64,000 nucleotides of DNA from Chitinophaga pinensis (GTDB lineage: Bacteria; Bacteroidota; Bacteroidia; Chitinophagales; CAMDFR01), in contig CAMART010000009.1 of assembly GCA_945860705.1 (NCBI GenBank), forward strand, positions 38,248 to 102,247, written 5' to 3'. Under the pieces are notes generated by a model. It was given only the letters and a program-made list of their open reading frames with translations, had not been told where the DNA came from and did no database searches. Made by a program: the position numbers and the translations under genes. Below, piece after piece: positions 9,377 through 20,455 of this stretch (within the stretch, counting starts at the first letter, position 1; the number at the start of each line of letters is the position of its first letter).

Positions 9377-11779
9377 TTAAAATACATATCTAGCTTGTAA
9401 GGTAAAATTAATAGGAGCATCGGCCCTACCGATACGAGTAGCTGTCAGTCTATTCGTAAAGTTTCTTACAATAAATGTAAGGTTGAGTTTTTTAGATGCT
9501 TCAAATCCAGCTCTTATGTCCATAGTAAGTGCACCTCTTTTAGTGCTTTCAATAAATTTAGCTAGTGTATTTCTACCTCCATCCAATGAACTAAAAACTA
9601 AATAATATTGAGATGGAATAATATCTGGTGCACTATTATAGTTGAGTGTATATCCTAGCATCCATTTTTTATATTTTGCTTGTATGTCCAGTCTTACCAT
9701 ATGTCTAGTTCTATATTGAAGAATACTTGTTTGTCTTATGCTATTAGTATCTGTAAAATATAAGGATAAACTATCTAATTTTTGAAATGCATATTTAATA
9801 GAATTTCCAAAGAACTTACCAAATCGTTCATTTTGAGAGCCAGCACTCGTATTACCTGGAAAATTGTAGGTATATCCAATCAAAGAAGTTAGTTCTACTT
9901 TACCAATAGTACCCTGACTCATCACAGATGCTTCATAGCCAGATATACGAGCTTTATCAATATTAAATGCTTTAAACCCAAAAAGATAATCTGCTTTACC
10001 TTTGAAAATAGTATCTCCATTGTCATACCTATTGTGATAAAGCCCTACCGTATATTCTACCATATCTGTGTATTCTTGTAAGAAAACACTAAAGTCAAAT
10101 AATGCTTTCCATTTATCTTTTATGATTAAAGCTTGTTTTACCCCTATTTCTGTATTCCAAGATTTTTCAGTTCGTAAGTTATTATTTGGAAATACATAAA
10201 TATCAGCATTCAAGTTGGCATTCAGATATTTTTCTGCCAAGCTAGGTATTCTATAACCCTGCCCCCATGATGCTCTAAAGAATGTTCCTTTACCAACTTG
10301 ATAGTTTGCTCCAAGTCTATATATAGGTTTAGTGATAGGAATAGTAGCACCTAAACTTGTTTTAGCAAAATTAAAATTATTAATATCAAATCTTAAACCT
10401 CCCACAACACTTAGCTTATTCCATTTCAATTCACCTTGAGCATATGCTGCAGCCATCCATGTTGTTAAAGTTCCAAAAGAAACGAATAAATTACTTACAT
10501 TCGTACTTACTGTAAATGGTATACCAGTAGTAAGTATAAATTTTTTATCTCCTCTAAAAGTAAATGTTTTTTGGTGTTGTAAATCTGCTGTGTATACCCA
10601 AGAAATAGCATCTATATCTGTGCCAGCTCCAAATCTTCTTACATTTAAAAATCGTGCATTTAGAGAAAGCCTATTATTTTTTGGAGCTATATATACCACA
10701 TGTGGGTCTATAGCCATACGCATATATTTATCTCCAGAGCCATTACTCACTTTATATATATTCGTATCTGCATCTTGTGCCAAAAAGAAACGATCACTAT
10801 TTTCATACATGATATTATAGTCAATACCCATTGTTAGTCCAGCTACTTTCTTAGGTACATATTTTGTTTTGAATGATACTCTTCCTCTCAGCTCATCTGC
10901 TCCTGTCAGATAGCTGTCAAAGTGATAGAAGTTGCCAGAAGCCACCAAATTAAAATTACCAAATTTTTGTTTGTGTAAAATTGACATACCCACTTCATAT
11001 GGTACATCTTTTCCCCACCATTTTATTTCTTTTCTTCTTGGGTCACCATACATAGTGATAAACTGGGTTGCTTCAGTATGTGATTTTTCAGTAGCCCATC
11101 CTGTACGCATATTCACTACTCCATTCAAAGCACTAGAACCATATACAACAGATGCAGCACCTTTTATTACCTCGACTTGCTCAGCCATCTCTATTGGTGC
11201 AAACTTAAGTAGCGCATCATTCAAATCTCCACTCATATAAGTAAGCCCATCTACCAATACAGCCGTTCTACTTCCCACTCCATAAGAATAACTACTGCCA
11301 CCTCTTATGCTTATTTGTCCATCTTGCACTTGCACACCAGGTGATTTTGCTACTACATCACCTAGTTGTGTAGCATTCACATTTTTAAGAAGTTCTTTAC
11401 CTATTACATCCATTGAAATGGTTTCATTTGTCAATTTTTTTTCGTACTGACTACCTGTGACTACTACTACTTCTAGGAGAGATTCAGTCTCTTCTAAAAA
11501 AAATGTAATCGGTTTCTCCTCATTAGTTTTTAAATTAATTTCTAAAGTTTGTAGCGTATAGCCAAGATATTTTACAGATATTGTATGCTTACCAGCAGAT
11601 GTTTTTATAGTGAATTCTCCATTTTGGTCACTCATAAAATTTTTATCAGCATCTAGTTGTATTATTGCTCCAGGTAATGCAGTTTTATCTTTTTTGTCTA
11701 AAACAGTACCGTTTATAGTTTGAGAATATATATTTATAAATGAAATTAAGATATATATTATTATTAATAATTTTTTCAA
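9377..11779 (-). CDS. TonB-dependent receptor with N-terminal carboxypeptidase-regulatory-like domain
   Basis: Signal peptide, then a GTV.D......LPGA.I CarboxypepD_reg-like start, a plug-like region, and a terminal aromatic residue (ARYVF). Confidence 0.85.
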   Translation of the reverse strand: MKKLLIIIYILISFINIYSQTINGTVLDKKDKTALPGAIIQLDADKNFMSDQNGEFTIKTSAGKHTISVKYLGYTLQTLEINLKTNEEKPITFFLEETESLLEVVVVTGSQYEKKLTNETISMDVIGKELLKNVNATQLGDVVAKSPGVQVQDGQISIRGGSSYSYGVGSRTAVLVDGLTYMSGDLNDALLKFAPIEMAEQVEVIKGAASVVYGSSALNGVVNMRTGWATEKSHTEATQFITMYGDPRRKEIKWWGKDVPYEVGMSILHKQKFGNFNLVASGNFYHFDSYLTGADELRGRVSFKTKYVPKKVAGLTMGIDYNIMYENSDRFFLAQDADTNIYKVSNGSGDKYMRMAIDPHVVYIAPKNNRLSLNARFLNVRRFGAGTDIDAISWVYTADLQHQKTFTFRGDKKFILTTGIPFTVSTNVSNLFVSFGTLTTWMAAAYAQGELKWNKLSVVGGLRFDINNFNFAKTSLGATIPITKPIYRLGANYQVGKGTFFRASWGQGYRIPSLAEKYLNANLNADIYVFPNNNLRTEKSWNTEIGVKQALIIKDKWKALFDFSVFLQEYTDMVEYTVGLYHNRYDNGDTIFKGKADYLFGFKAFNIDKARISGYEASVMSQGTIGKVELTSLIGYTYNFPGNTSAGSQNERFGKFFGNSIKYAFQKLDSLSLYFTDTNSIRQTSILQYRTRHMVRLDIQAKYKKWMLGYTLNYNSAPDIIPSQYYLVFSSLDGGRNTLAKFIESTKRGALTMDIRAGFEASKKLNLTFIVRNFTNRLTATRIGRADAPINFTLQARYVF

Positions 11780-11948
11780 GTTTAGTAAATTTTTCAGCTA
11801 CGAAAATACATATTTATATTTTACAAATAAAATTTTTGTATTTACTTGACTTATTAATCAATATATAGTACATTAGCAATATAATGAATAGAAAAATTGA
11901 TTTATTTTGTTCTTAATAACGTATATTTAATATAATTTTATTTTGCTT

Positions 11949-12968
11949 ATGAAAAAAATAATACTCGTTACTATTACTTGTGTATTTTCTTTGACTAATA
12001 TGTTTAGTCAAGATATTCATTTTACACAGTTTTATGCTAGTCCTCTGACTCTAAATCCTGCACTAGCAGGCGTAAATGATGGCACATATAGAGCCACAGC
12101 AATCTATCGAAATCAATGGCAAAGTGTAACAGTACCCTATACTACTTATGGTGCATCATTTGACTCTAGAATCCTTCCTGGGAAACTTAAAAATAATAAA
12201 CTTGGTGTTGGTGTAAATTTTAATGCCGATAAATCAGGGACGGGTAAATTGTTTTTTATGCAAGCACAAGTAGCTCTAGCTTACAATATGTCACTGGATA
12301 AAGCAGGCAAACATTTTATAGGACTTGGACTTCAAGGAGGATATGTACAAAAATCACTTCAATATAATTTATTGTCATTTCCATCACAATATAATGGTAC
12401 TGATTTTGATTTGACACTTCCAAATAATGAAGATTTTAATGCCAATAGAACTTCTTATATCGATTTCAATGCTGGTCTATTATGGCACTCACAATTCGGT
12501 GAAAGAATAGGTGCATTTGCAGGCTTTACATACAGTCATATCAATAGACCTAAAGAAACTTTTTTAGGTTCAAATAATAAATTGTCATCTAGGTATACTG
12601 CACATGGTGGTATGAAAATAAAAGTAACCGAGAAAATTTATATCACTCCTAATTTTATTTATCAATATCAAAATAAAGCACAAGAAATATTTTTAGGTAC
12701 TGGACTAGAATACCATATACAAGTAAAAAATATACCAATGATTTTTGGTTTAGGTGGATGGTATAGACTTAAAGATGCTGGCTCAGTGAGTATAGTTGCT
12801 GATATAAAAAGAATACGAGCAGGCTTTGCATATGATATCAATAGTTCAAAACTTAGACCAGCAAGTAGTTCTAGAGGTGCTTATGAAATATTTTTGACTT
12901 ATACTGGATTGATTGGTGGTATGGCAAAAACATTAAAACCGATTCAAGTACCTTGTCCAATGTTGTAA
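11949..12968 (+). CDS. PorP/SprF family type IX secretion system membrane protein
   Basis: Hallmark N-terminus QDIHFTQFYASPLTLNPALAG and a beta-barrel-like alternating pattern. ATG at 11949 preferred over TTG at 11943. Confidence 0.85.
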   Translation: MKKIILVTITCVFSLTNMFSQDIHFTQFYASPLTLNPALAGVNDGTYRATAIYRNQWQSVTVPYTTYGASFDSRILPGKLKNNKLGVGVNFNADKSGTGKLFFMQAQVALAYNMSLDKAGKHFIGLGLQGGYVQKSLQYNLLSFPSQYNGTDFDLTLPNNEDFNANRTSYIDFNAGLLWHSQFGERIGAFAGFTYSHINRPKETFLGSNNKLSSRYTAHGGMKIKVTEKIYITPNFIYQYQNKAQEIFLGTGLEYHIQVKNIPMIFGLGGWYRLKDAGSVSIVADIKRIRAGFAYDINSSKLRPASSSRGAYEIFLTYTGLIGGMAKTLKPIQVPCPML

Positions 12969-12983
12969 AAAATTAATACTTTA

Positions 12984-15050
12984 ATGAAAACTTATTACCC
13001 ATTATTTATGAAAAAAATTAGTTATATATTTCTATTCTCTATTATAAGTTTATCTGTATTTGCAATTGGAGATAAAGATAAAAATGATTCTAAATCAAAT
13101 TTGAAATCTGCTGAAAAAGCACTTGAGCTAGGTGATAAATATCAAGCAATAGATTTATTTGAAAAAGTATTAAGCAAAGAAAGCAATGTAGAAACAGCTT
13201 ATAAATTAGGTATGCTATATTATGAAATCAGAGATTATAAAAATGCTGAACGATGTTTTGAACTTGCCAATACGGATAGTAAAATAAATGCTCAACTACT
13301 TGCAGGTTATTATTTTGCACTCATGCAAAAAATGAATGGAAAATATGCAGATGCAAAAAAATCATTTGAGTTATTTAAAAAGAATTTTAAGGGTGAAGCT
13401 ATTGGATTTAGTAAAAAATGGATAGATATAGAAATAGAAGGATGTACTATGGCTATTAATAAAACAAATGAATCAACTAATGTAGTTGTGAAACATCCAG
13501 GAAGAGAGCTCAATTCTTCTACAGCTGAACTATCTCCATTGCAGTGGGATGATAATACTATAGTTTTTGCATCTAATCAGTCTGATACAATTATTACACG
13601 AAATAAAACAAATAACCATTTACTACACTTTTATAAAGCAACTGTTTCTGAAAATACTTTTACTACAGCATCATTATTCGAGTCTTTTAATGTAGATGAT
13701 AAAGAAGTAAAAAATGGGTGTTTTTCTTCTGATAAAAAAAGATTTTACTATAATGTATGTGGTGAAGACAAAGAAAATAATAGCACCTGTGCAATATATG
13801 TAAGCGAATATAAAGAAGGTAAATGGACAGCTGGTGTGAAGCTACCTGAATCAATAAATCTTCCCAAGTATACAGCATTACAACCTTGTATCGGCACATA
13901 TAGAGATGGTAAAGAAGTTTTATACTTTGTAAGTGATAGACCAGAAGGGAAGGGTAAATTAGATATCTGGTATTCTACTGTATCTAAAGGTAATGAATAT
14001 GCTGAAGTAAAAAATGCGGGTAGTAAATTAAATACTGATAGAGATGATGTGACACCAGCTTTTGATTTCAATTCAAAAACATTATATTTTAGTAGTAATG
14101 GTAGAAAAAGTTTTGGAGGATATGATGTATATTCTACTGTTGGTTCATTAAGTTCGTGGAGTGTTCCAGAAAACTTAGGTGTGCCAATAAACTCTTCTAC
14201 AGATGATATGTGGTTTCAACCAAATAGCCTTCAGAAAAAAGGATATTTTGTGAGTAATAGACCTGGAATTTTATCTGTAAAAAGCGAAACTTGTTGCCCA
14301 GATATTTTTACGTATGAATATATAAATATAATAAACATAGCCGTAAGAGGCAAAGTATATGATAAGTCAGATGGCAAAAATGAAGAGCTCAGTGGCGCGA
14401 AAGTTACACTCAGTGTACTCGATGAAGAAGCAAAAGAATATGTACCAATCATAGAATTGATAACAGAAAAACCGAAATCATATTTTAGTATGCTACAACT
14501 CAATAAACAATACAGAGTCACAGCATCTAAATCTGGATATTTAAATAATAGTGTTAGTTTTAATACTAATGATATCACTCAATCAGATACTTTAATAAAA
14601 AATTTGACTTTAAGCAAAATAGATAAAAACAAAGCATACAGATTGAATAACATTTATTATGATTTTGATAAATGGAATTTAAGAGAAGAAAGTAAAAAAA
14701 CTTTAGATTCTCTCTATAATATTTTAGTAGAAAATCCTCAAATAATTATAGAACTTGGATCACATACTGACTCTAGAGGTAGTGCTGAATACAATGAAGA
14801 ACTTTCACAAAAAAGAGCACAAAGTTGTGTAGATTATCTTATAAGTAAAGGAATAGATAAAAAAAGAATCAGTCCAAAAGGATACGGCGAAAGTGCTAAT
14901 CTTGAAGATTGTAGCAAGAAACCTGAATGTCCTACTACAAGTAGTGGAGATTGTGATTGTCATCAGTTAAATAGAAGAACAGAATTTAAAATCATAGGAG
15001 AATTAGATGGAGTTTTAGAATATGACGATAAACGTGTTATAGATAAATAA
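12984..15050 (+). CDS. OmpA-family protein with N-terminal TPR-like and TolB-like beta-propeller regions
   Basis: C-terminal OmpA domain (F.FDKW.L......L......ENP...IELGSHTDSRGS..YN..LS..RA......L...G....R....GYGE). Upstream are WD40-like PD40 stretches and TPR-like repeats. Confidence 0.85.
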   Translation: MKTYYPLFMKKISYIFLFSIISLSVFAIGDKDKNDSKSNLKSAEKALELGDKYQAIDLFEKVLSKESNVETAYKLGMLYYEIRDYKNAERCFELANTDSKINAQLLAGYYFALMQKMNGKYADAKKSFELFKKNFKGEAIGFSKKWIDIEIEGCTMAINKTNESTNVVVKHPGRELNSSTAELSPLQWDDNTIVFASNQSDTIITRNKTNNHLLHFYKATVSENTFTTASLFESFNVDDKEVKNGCFSSDKKRFYYNVCGEDKENNSTCAIYVSEYKEGKWTAGVKLPESINLPKYTALQPCIGTYRDGKEVLYFVSDRPEGKGKLDIWYSTVSKGNEYAEVKNAGSKLNTDRDDVTPAFDFNSKTLYFSSNGRKSFGGYDVYSTVGSLSSWSVPENLGVPINSSTDDMWFQPNSLQKKGYFVSNRPGILSVKSETCCPDIFTYEYINIINIAVRGKVYDKSDGKNEELSGAKVTLSVLDEEAKEYVPIIELITEKPKSYFSMLQLNKQYRVTASKSGYLNNSVSFNTNDITQSDTLIKNLTLSKIDKNKAYRLNNIYYDFDKWNLREESKKTLDSLYNILVENPQIIIELGSHTDSRGSAEYNEELSQKRAQSCVDYLISKGIDKKRISPKGYGESANLEDCSKKPECPTTSSGDCDCHQLNRRTEFKIIGELDGVLEYDDKRVIDK

Positions 15051-15083
15051 TAATTTACACCTTACAAAATCAAACATATACAA

Positions 15084-18000
15084 ATGAAACAATTTTACAA
15101 ATTTTTATTATTGTTGATATTATCAGTATCGCTTACAAATAGCATTGCTCAAGATTTTATTTTATATACTGAAGGGTTTGAAACTACACCGACAGTTTTT
15201 ACAAATATCTCTGCAGGTCTGGGTTCAAACTCAGGAAATAATAATTGGATAATTAATGATAATTATATTGGTACACCATCTTATACCAATACATTATCGC
15301 AAGATAGTACAGTAAGTGGAACCATCAACAATGCACCAAATAGTAGATATTTACACATACATGATGAAGCAACTAGAGTAGGTGGTGGAGTATCCAATGC
15401 TAATTTTAATGGAACTACTGCTTCTGATAGACTCGCTATTACACCTGGCTTTTGTACATTAGGTATGAGTGATGTGAAGTTTACATTTTTCTGGCTGGCT
15501 GAAGGCGAAGCTAACTCATATGGCGAAGTATATTATAGTGTAGAAAACGGACCCTGGACGTATATGGGTACTAGATATAATAACCAACATAGATGGAAAT
15601 ATGAAGTATTGTCTGATTCAAGTTGGACTAATAAAAATGATGTACGTATTGCATTCCGATGGCAAAATGATGCATCTATCGCTACTCAAAATAGCTCGTG
15701 GGCTATAGACGATATACTAGCCGTAGGTACATATGACACTACTTCACTAGCGGCTAATATGAGTATCACTTCAGTTACTCCCAATCCTGTTTGCCAGTTA
15801 GGAGTGATTATTGTCAACTATAATTTAAGTATTCCATTATGTTTCGGTGAGTATAGATTAGAATTATCAAATGGCACAGGCTCATTCACTACATTCACTA
15901 CTATATCAAATTTCTTTGTAGATACTACTACTACAATAGGAGCTGTAGGTGCTATCATCCCTAGAACTATACCTCCAGGACTTTGCTATAGAGTACGTAT
16001 TCGTAGACTCAATCCTGCTCCACCAATTGTGAGTACAGTCAGTGCTTGTTTTGAAATAAGAGATTGTCCAAATGTAATTACCACACTTGCACCTATAGTA
16101 CTGAGAGATAGAGACACCGCCTGTGTACGAAGTGCTATAGATGTACCATTTACTTCTACAGGAGTATATAATGCGAGCAATCAATATATAGCAGAGATTA
16201 TAGATTCTTCCAATGTGTCTGCTGGTTGGTCTAGAGTAGGTACAAGTCCAGATGTAAATACATATGACCCTATGTTGGGTTCGCCACCCGGTAATGTATC
16301 TGGCCTTATTCCATTGTTACCAGAAGGATGCAACTATTATATAAGAGTAAGAGGAACCAATCCAGCTACCAATGGTAGTGTTTGGGGTCCATTCTGTTTA
16401 AAGCATTGCGATATCACTACTAACGCTACTTTGGATTTAAGTTTTTGTATATGGGATACTATTGGTGGAGGCACTTGTGATAGTATAGAATACGATATCA
16501 ATAGTTTTGATTCGATTGCAGATTATTACAATGGCAATAGTTTTAGACTACAAATTATAAATAAACAAACTTTTGCAATTGTAAACGATGGTACCTTTTA
16601 TTTTCATTTTGATACTATTTCTAGAAAGTTAGTTATATGTATTCCATATCTAGATTCGCTAATATTAGCTGGTGTCAATCCAGGAGCATATTATGCTCGT
16701 TTTGTAGCAGACAGTAGTTCAGTAAGTAATGACGTCAATGGTACTATTATTAGATTTACCATTGGGGCACCTGCATCCAATCCTCCTACAATATTTTTAC
16801 CAGATACTGTTGGTTGCAATGTAGGTGTACAAGAACTTTTTGTCAATCCATTCAATAGACCCCCAAGTCAATATGAATGGGTAGGTACTGGTGTTAACGG
16901 AGGGTTTCCTTTTATATGGGATTTCAATCCATTACGTGTAGATTTCACAGGAGCACCGATAGATGATTATACTTTTTTTGTACGTGAAATAAATTTTGGA
17001 TGTTATGGACCATATTCAGATCCAGCCAGATTATATATCATAGGTACACCACCTATTACACTCACTGGTCCTGAAAATGTTTGTTTGGGAGATACTGTTT
17101 GTTTTTCTGTGCCCTATATACCCGAAACATATTATCAATGGGAAGCAGATAGTGCTACTATTGTAAATGTGTCAAATAATGAAATGTGTTGTGTGTTCTA
17201 TGATACAGGATTTCATCAAGTAAGAATATTTGCTTTGAATGATTGCGGTACTAATAATAATGATACTATAGCATATGTGTCAAAATTATTAGATATCAGT
17301 ATGGCAGCAGATAAATCCATCTGTAGTGGAGATTCGCTTATTATTACAGCTAGCAATACTGGTGTAAATAAAACCATCACTACTATATTTGATGGTACTA
17401 GTACTACCAAAGGAAGCATGTTTGATATTAAGGCTATAAACGATGCTACTATTATGACTTTTGATGTAAATCTGCAAAACGCTACTCCTGCAGATATTCA
17501 AATTTATTTTAAAGATGGTACTTTTGTAGGTAGCGAAACTGATGCCCTCGCATGGAATTTAGTAGCCAATTATTTTGCTATTCCTACTGCTGGTGTCGGC
17601 AATCCTACAAGAATTCCAGTTGATTTATTTCAAAATATTTATGCAGGAAATACCTACGGCATTTATATAGTAGTGAGCAACGCAAATAATTTACTAGCTA
17701 CTTCAGGTACTGCAGTAGGTGCTTTGTACAAAACTGATGGCAATATAGAAATATATGAAGGAAAAAATGTGGCAGGTACTTTTGGTGCAAACATAGGACC
17801 ACGTATTTGGAATGGTAGAATCAATTATATATCAAAAGGAGGTTTATATTATTTATGGAATACAGGTGATACAACTGAAACACTAAGAACACTCCCCACC
17901 ACTTCAGGATTATATACAGTCTCTATTTTCGATTCTTCTGGCTGTGCCAGTAAAGCTCAGTTAAATTTAGATTTAAAAAATAAACCTATAATTAATGCAG

Positions 18001-18512
18001 GTCCTGATTCGTCTATATGTGATGGAAATCCTTATACAATGCAAGCTACAAGCAATAGTACAAATATATCTTGGACTCCAACTAATGTATTGAATAATGC
18101 CAATATTCTAAATCCTATCGCTACTATAAATGCTCCTACCATGTTTATATTGTCAGCTACAGATGCTATTACAAATTGTGTTGCTATTGATACGGTATTT
18201 TTAAATATCAGAGATTGTGATGACCCTCTCAAAGTGCCTTCAGCATTTACACCAAATGGTGATGGCAAAAATGATCACTTTACTGTTTTTGCTACCAATA
18301 TGAAATCATACGAAATAAGAATTTTTAATAGATGGGGCGAACTAGTATATATATCTAATATGCTAGATGAACTCAATGATCTTGACAAAGGATGGGATGG
18401 TAGTTTTAAAGGTAAAACACAAGAAGTAGGAACTTATGTATATTATATAAAAGGAATAGATGCCGATAATATTACTAGAGAGAAAAAAGGAAATCTTACA
18501 TTGGTAAAATAA
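15084..18512 (+). CDS. large T9SS type-B C-terminal-domain (gliding-motility-associated CTD) surface protein
   Basis: The C-terminus reads VPSAFTPNGDGKNDHF..........I.IFNRWGELVY.......WDG...G......GTYVYY, which is the type-B sorting domain. It has a signal peptide and long Cys-containing Ig-like repeats. Confidence 0.85.
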   Translation: MKQFYKFLLLLILSVSLTNSIAQDFILYTEGFETTPTVFTNISAGLGSNSGNNNWIINDNYIGTPSYTNTLSQDSTVSGTINNAPNSRYLHIHDEATRVGGGVSNANFNGTTASDRLAITPGFCTLGMSDVKFTFFWLAEGEANSYGEVYYSVENGPWTYMGTRYNNQHRWKYEVLSDSSWTNKNDVRIAFRWQNDASIATQNSSWAIDDILAVGTYDTTSLAANMSITSVTPNPVCQLGVIIVNYNLSIPLCFGEYRLELSNGTGSFTTFTTISNFFVDTTTTIGAVGAIIPRTIPPGLCYRVRIRRLNPAPPIVSTVSACFEIRDCPNVITTLAPIVLRDRDTACVRSAIDVPFTSTGVYNASNQYIAEIIDSSNVSAGWSRVGTSPDVNTYDPMLGSPPGNVSGLIPLLPEGCNYYIRVRGTNPATNGSVWGPFCLKHCDITTNATLDLSFCIWDTIGGGTCDSIEYDINSFDSIADYYNGNSFRLQIINKQTFAIVNDGTFYFHFDTISRKLVICIPYLDSLILAGVNPGAYYARFVADSSSVSNDVNGTIIRFTIGAPASNPPTIFLPDTVGCNVGVQELFVNPFNRPPSQYEWVGTGVNGGFPFIWDFNPLRVDFTGAPIDDYTFFVREINFGCYGPYSDPARLYIIGTPPITLTGPENVCLGDTVCFSVPYIPETYYQWEADSATIVNVSNNEMCCVFYDTGFHQVRIFALNDCGTNNNDTIAYVSKLLDISMAADKSICSGDSLIITASNTGVNKTITTIFDGTSTTKGSMFDIKAINDATIMTFDVNLQNATPADIQIYFKDGTFVGSETDALAWNLVANYFAIPTAGVGNPTRIPVDLFQNIYAGNTYGIYIVVSNANNLLATSGTAVGALYKTDGNIEIYEGKNVAGTFGANIGPRIWNGRINYISKGGLYYLWNTGDTTETLRTLPTTSGLYTVSIFDSSGCASKAQLNLDLKNKPIINAGPDSSICDGNPYTMQATSNSTNISWTPTNVLNNANILNPIATINAPTMFILSATDAITNCVAIDTVFLNIRDCDDPLKVPSAFTPNGDGKNDHFTVFATNMKSYEIRIFNRWGELVYISNMLDELNDLDKGWDGSFKGKTQEVGTYVYYIKGIDADNITREKKGNLTLVK

Positions 18513-18518
18513 TTTAGT

Positions 18519-20150
18519 ATGAGAAAAATAATTAAGTATCTTCTTTTATTTTTATCTGTAAATGAGATGTATGCTCAATGGAGTACAAATACAAATTTGA
18601 ATACCCCTATTTGTACTGCTTTTACCAAACAAAACGATCCTAGAATCATACAAGACGGAAATGGAGGAGCTTTTATAACATGGAAAGATGAAAGAAACGG
18701 ATTGCCCGATATTTATGTGCAACGCATCAATAAAGACGGATACATACTTTGGACTCTTAATGGTATAAGTGCATGTGATGATACATCTGACCAGAGTACA
18801 CCTAATTTAGTGACTGACATGCAGGGCGGTATAATAGTATCATGGAGTGATAGAAGAACAGGTATAGATAGAGATGTTTTTGTACAAAGAATTGACTCTA
18901 ATGGTACTGAACTATGGACGCACAATGGAGTAGCTATAGCTACCAAACCCAATAGAGAACATAACGAAAAAATCTGTAGTGATGGTGCTGGTGGTGCTAT
19001 CATAGTATGGGAGCAAGAAGACGCTCAGTGGGATGTTTGGGCACAACGAGTAAATAATAATGGAGTGATACAATGGACAGCAGGAGGAATTCCACTCACT
19101 ACAGCCGTAGGCAATCGTATCAATCCAAAAATACAAAAAGATGGGAAAGGTGGTGCTATCGTCACTTGGCAAGATAATAGAACAGGATTTTATGATATAT
19201 ATGCGCAACGTATAGATGCATTAGGAAACTATGTTTGGTCTCCTTTAGGTTTGCCTATATGCCTTGCACCCAATACACAGAGTAGTCCAAAAATAGACCC
19301 GAGCAATAGTACAGGAGGAGCTTATATTACATGGACAGACAAGCGAAATGGTGTAGACTACGATATTTATGTACAAAAAATAGATAGCTCCGGAAATTTA
19401 TTATTTCCTCCAAACGGAATACCTGTATGTATCGCATCAGGAAATCAATCAGCACCTGATATACTTTCCAATAAAGTAGAAGGTGTCATTATTTGTTGGA
19501 AAGATAATAGAGCCACTAATACAGATATATATGCTCAAAGAATAGATGCTGCTGGCAACATCATGTGGACGCTCAATGGAGTAGCTATTTGCACATCACC
19601 CAATGACCAACTTAATCCAAATATTTGTGAAGATATGCAAGGTGGTGCAATCATTGTTTGGCAAGATTCATCAAATGCAAATGACTATGATATCAAAGCT
19701 CAACGAGTAGATTATTTGGGAAATATAGTTTGGACGGTCAACGGAGAGGTGGTATGTAATGCCGTAGATGTGCAAAAAAGTCCTAAAAATATCAGTGATG
19801 ATAGAGGAGGAAGTATATTTGTATGGCAAGATAAACGCTCGGGTTCAAATGATATATATGCACATCATTTTTTCAGTAATGGAACTTATATAGATAATAC
19901 TTCGGTGCAAAATTTATCTACTACAGAAAAAGTACTTATCTATCCTAATCCTACTAGTGATTATTTGTATTTAAATTTTATAGAAAATATTTCTATTATT
20001 AATATTTATGATGTATCAGGGAAAAATATTTTTTCAGAAAAATATCCAACAAATAAAATAGACTTATCTAGTTTTTCACCATCACTGTATTTCTTAGAGA
20101 TTATTAAAAAAGATGGTGCTACTATTTATAATAAAATAGAAAAACAATAA
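18519..20150 (+). CDS. T9SS type-A CTD protein built from eight repeats of about 55 aa (propeller-like)
   Basis: The motif ..NG..C......Q..P.I..D..GGAI..W.D.R.....DIYAQRID..GN..W repeats eight times. C-terminal IYPNPTSDYLYLNF...LYFLEI is a Por tail. Confidence 0.8.
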   Translation: MRKIIKYLLLFLSVNEMYAQWSTNTNLNTPICTAFTKQNDPRIIQDGNGGAFITWKDERNGLPDIYVQRINKDGYILWTLNGISACDDTSDQSTPNLVTDMQGGIIVSWSDRRTGIDRDVFVQRIDSNGTELWTHNGVAIATKPNREHNEKICSDGAGGAIIVWEQEDAQWDVWAQRVNNNGVIQWTAGGIPLTTAVGNRINPKIQKDGKGGAIVTWQDNRTGFYDIYAQRIDALGNYVWSPLGLPICLAPNTQSSPKIDPSNSTGGAYITWTDKRNGVDYDIYVQKIDSSGNLLFPPNGIPVCIASGNQSAPDILSNKVEGVIICWKDNRATNTDIYAQRIDAAGNIMWTLNGVAICTSPNDQLNPNICEDMQGGAIIVWQDSSNANDYDIKAQRVDYLGNIVWTVNGEVVCNAVDVQKSPKNISDDRGGSIFVWQDKRSGSNDIYAHHFFSNGTYIDNTSVQNLSTTEKVLIYPNPTSDYLYLNFIENISIINIYDVSGKNIFSEKYPTNKIDLSSFSPSLYFLEIIKKDGATIYNKIEKQ

Positions 20151-20349
20151 GGATTATTATTTTTTTAGGTTTGTGTCTGATTTGGTCATTCAGGAGGAAA
20201 CTCCTTCATACAAAAAGATACACTTGCATATATAAAAATATAGAGTATTTAAGATACACTTACTATAGCCTACAATAAATTTAGTAAATGAAAAAATCTT
20301 TTTGTTTTTATAGCTATACTTGTATATTATAATATGCAATCACAATCTC

Positions 20350-20455
20350 AGAACGGATATTGCGTAAGGGATAGTAGCGGTATCCTCTCTGTGCTAAATG
20401 CCAGAGAGATACAAGCGGATAGCACGACCTTGCCTTTGTATTTTGGCAAGGATAT
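20350..20455 (+). promoter_or_regulatory. candidate structured 5-prime leader or small RNA upstream of the ACP/KS cluster (class unknown)
   Basis: Three stems can be read directly. GGATA 20355-59 pairs with TATCC 20381-85. CTCTCTG 20385-91 pairs with CAGAGAG 20402-08, extendable by GUAU/AUAC. CCTTGCC 20428-34 pairs with GGCAAGG 20445-51. The local GC content is clearly above that of the surrounding spacer. Confidence 0.3.

Noticed and set aside
20350-20455. Identity as a known housekeeping RNA (RNase P, SRP/4.5S, tmRNA, 6S) or a specific riboswitch class.
   Set aside because: None of the diagnostic motifs is present: no GAGGAAAGUCC P4 strand, no SRP domain IV GGAA/AGCA motif, no tRNA-like end. 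Resemblance to the yybP-ykoY boxes is partial, and the four-way junction and metal-transporter context are missing. I keep it only as an unclassified structured element.
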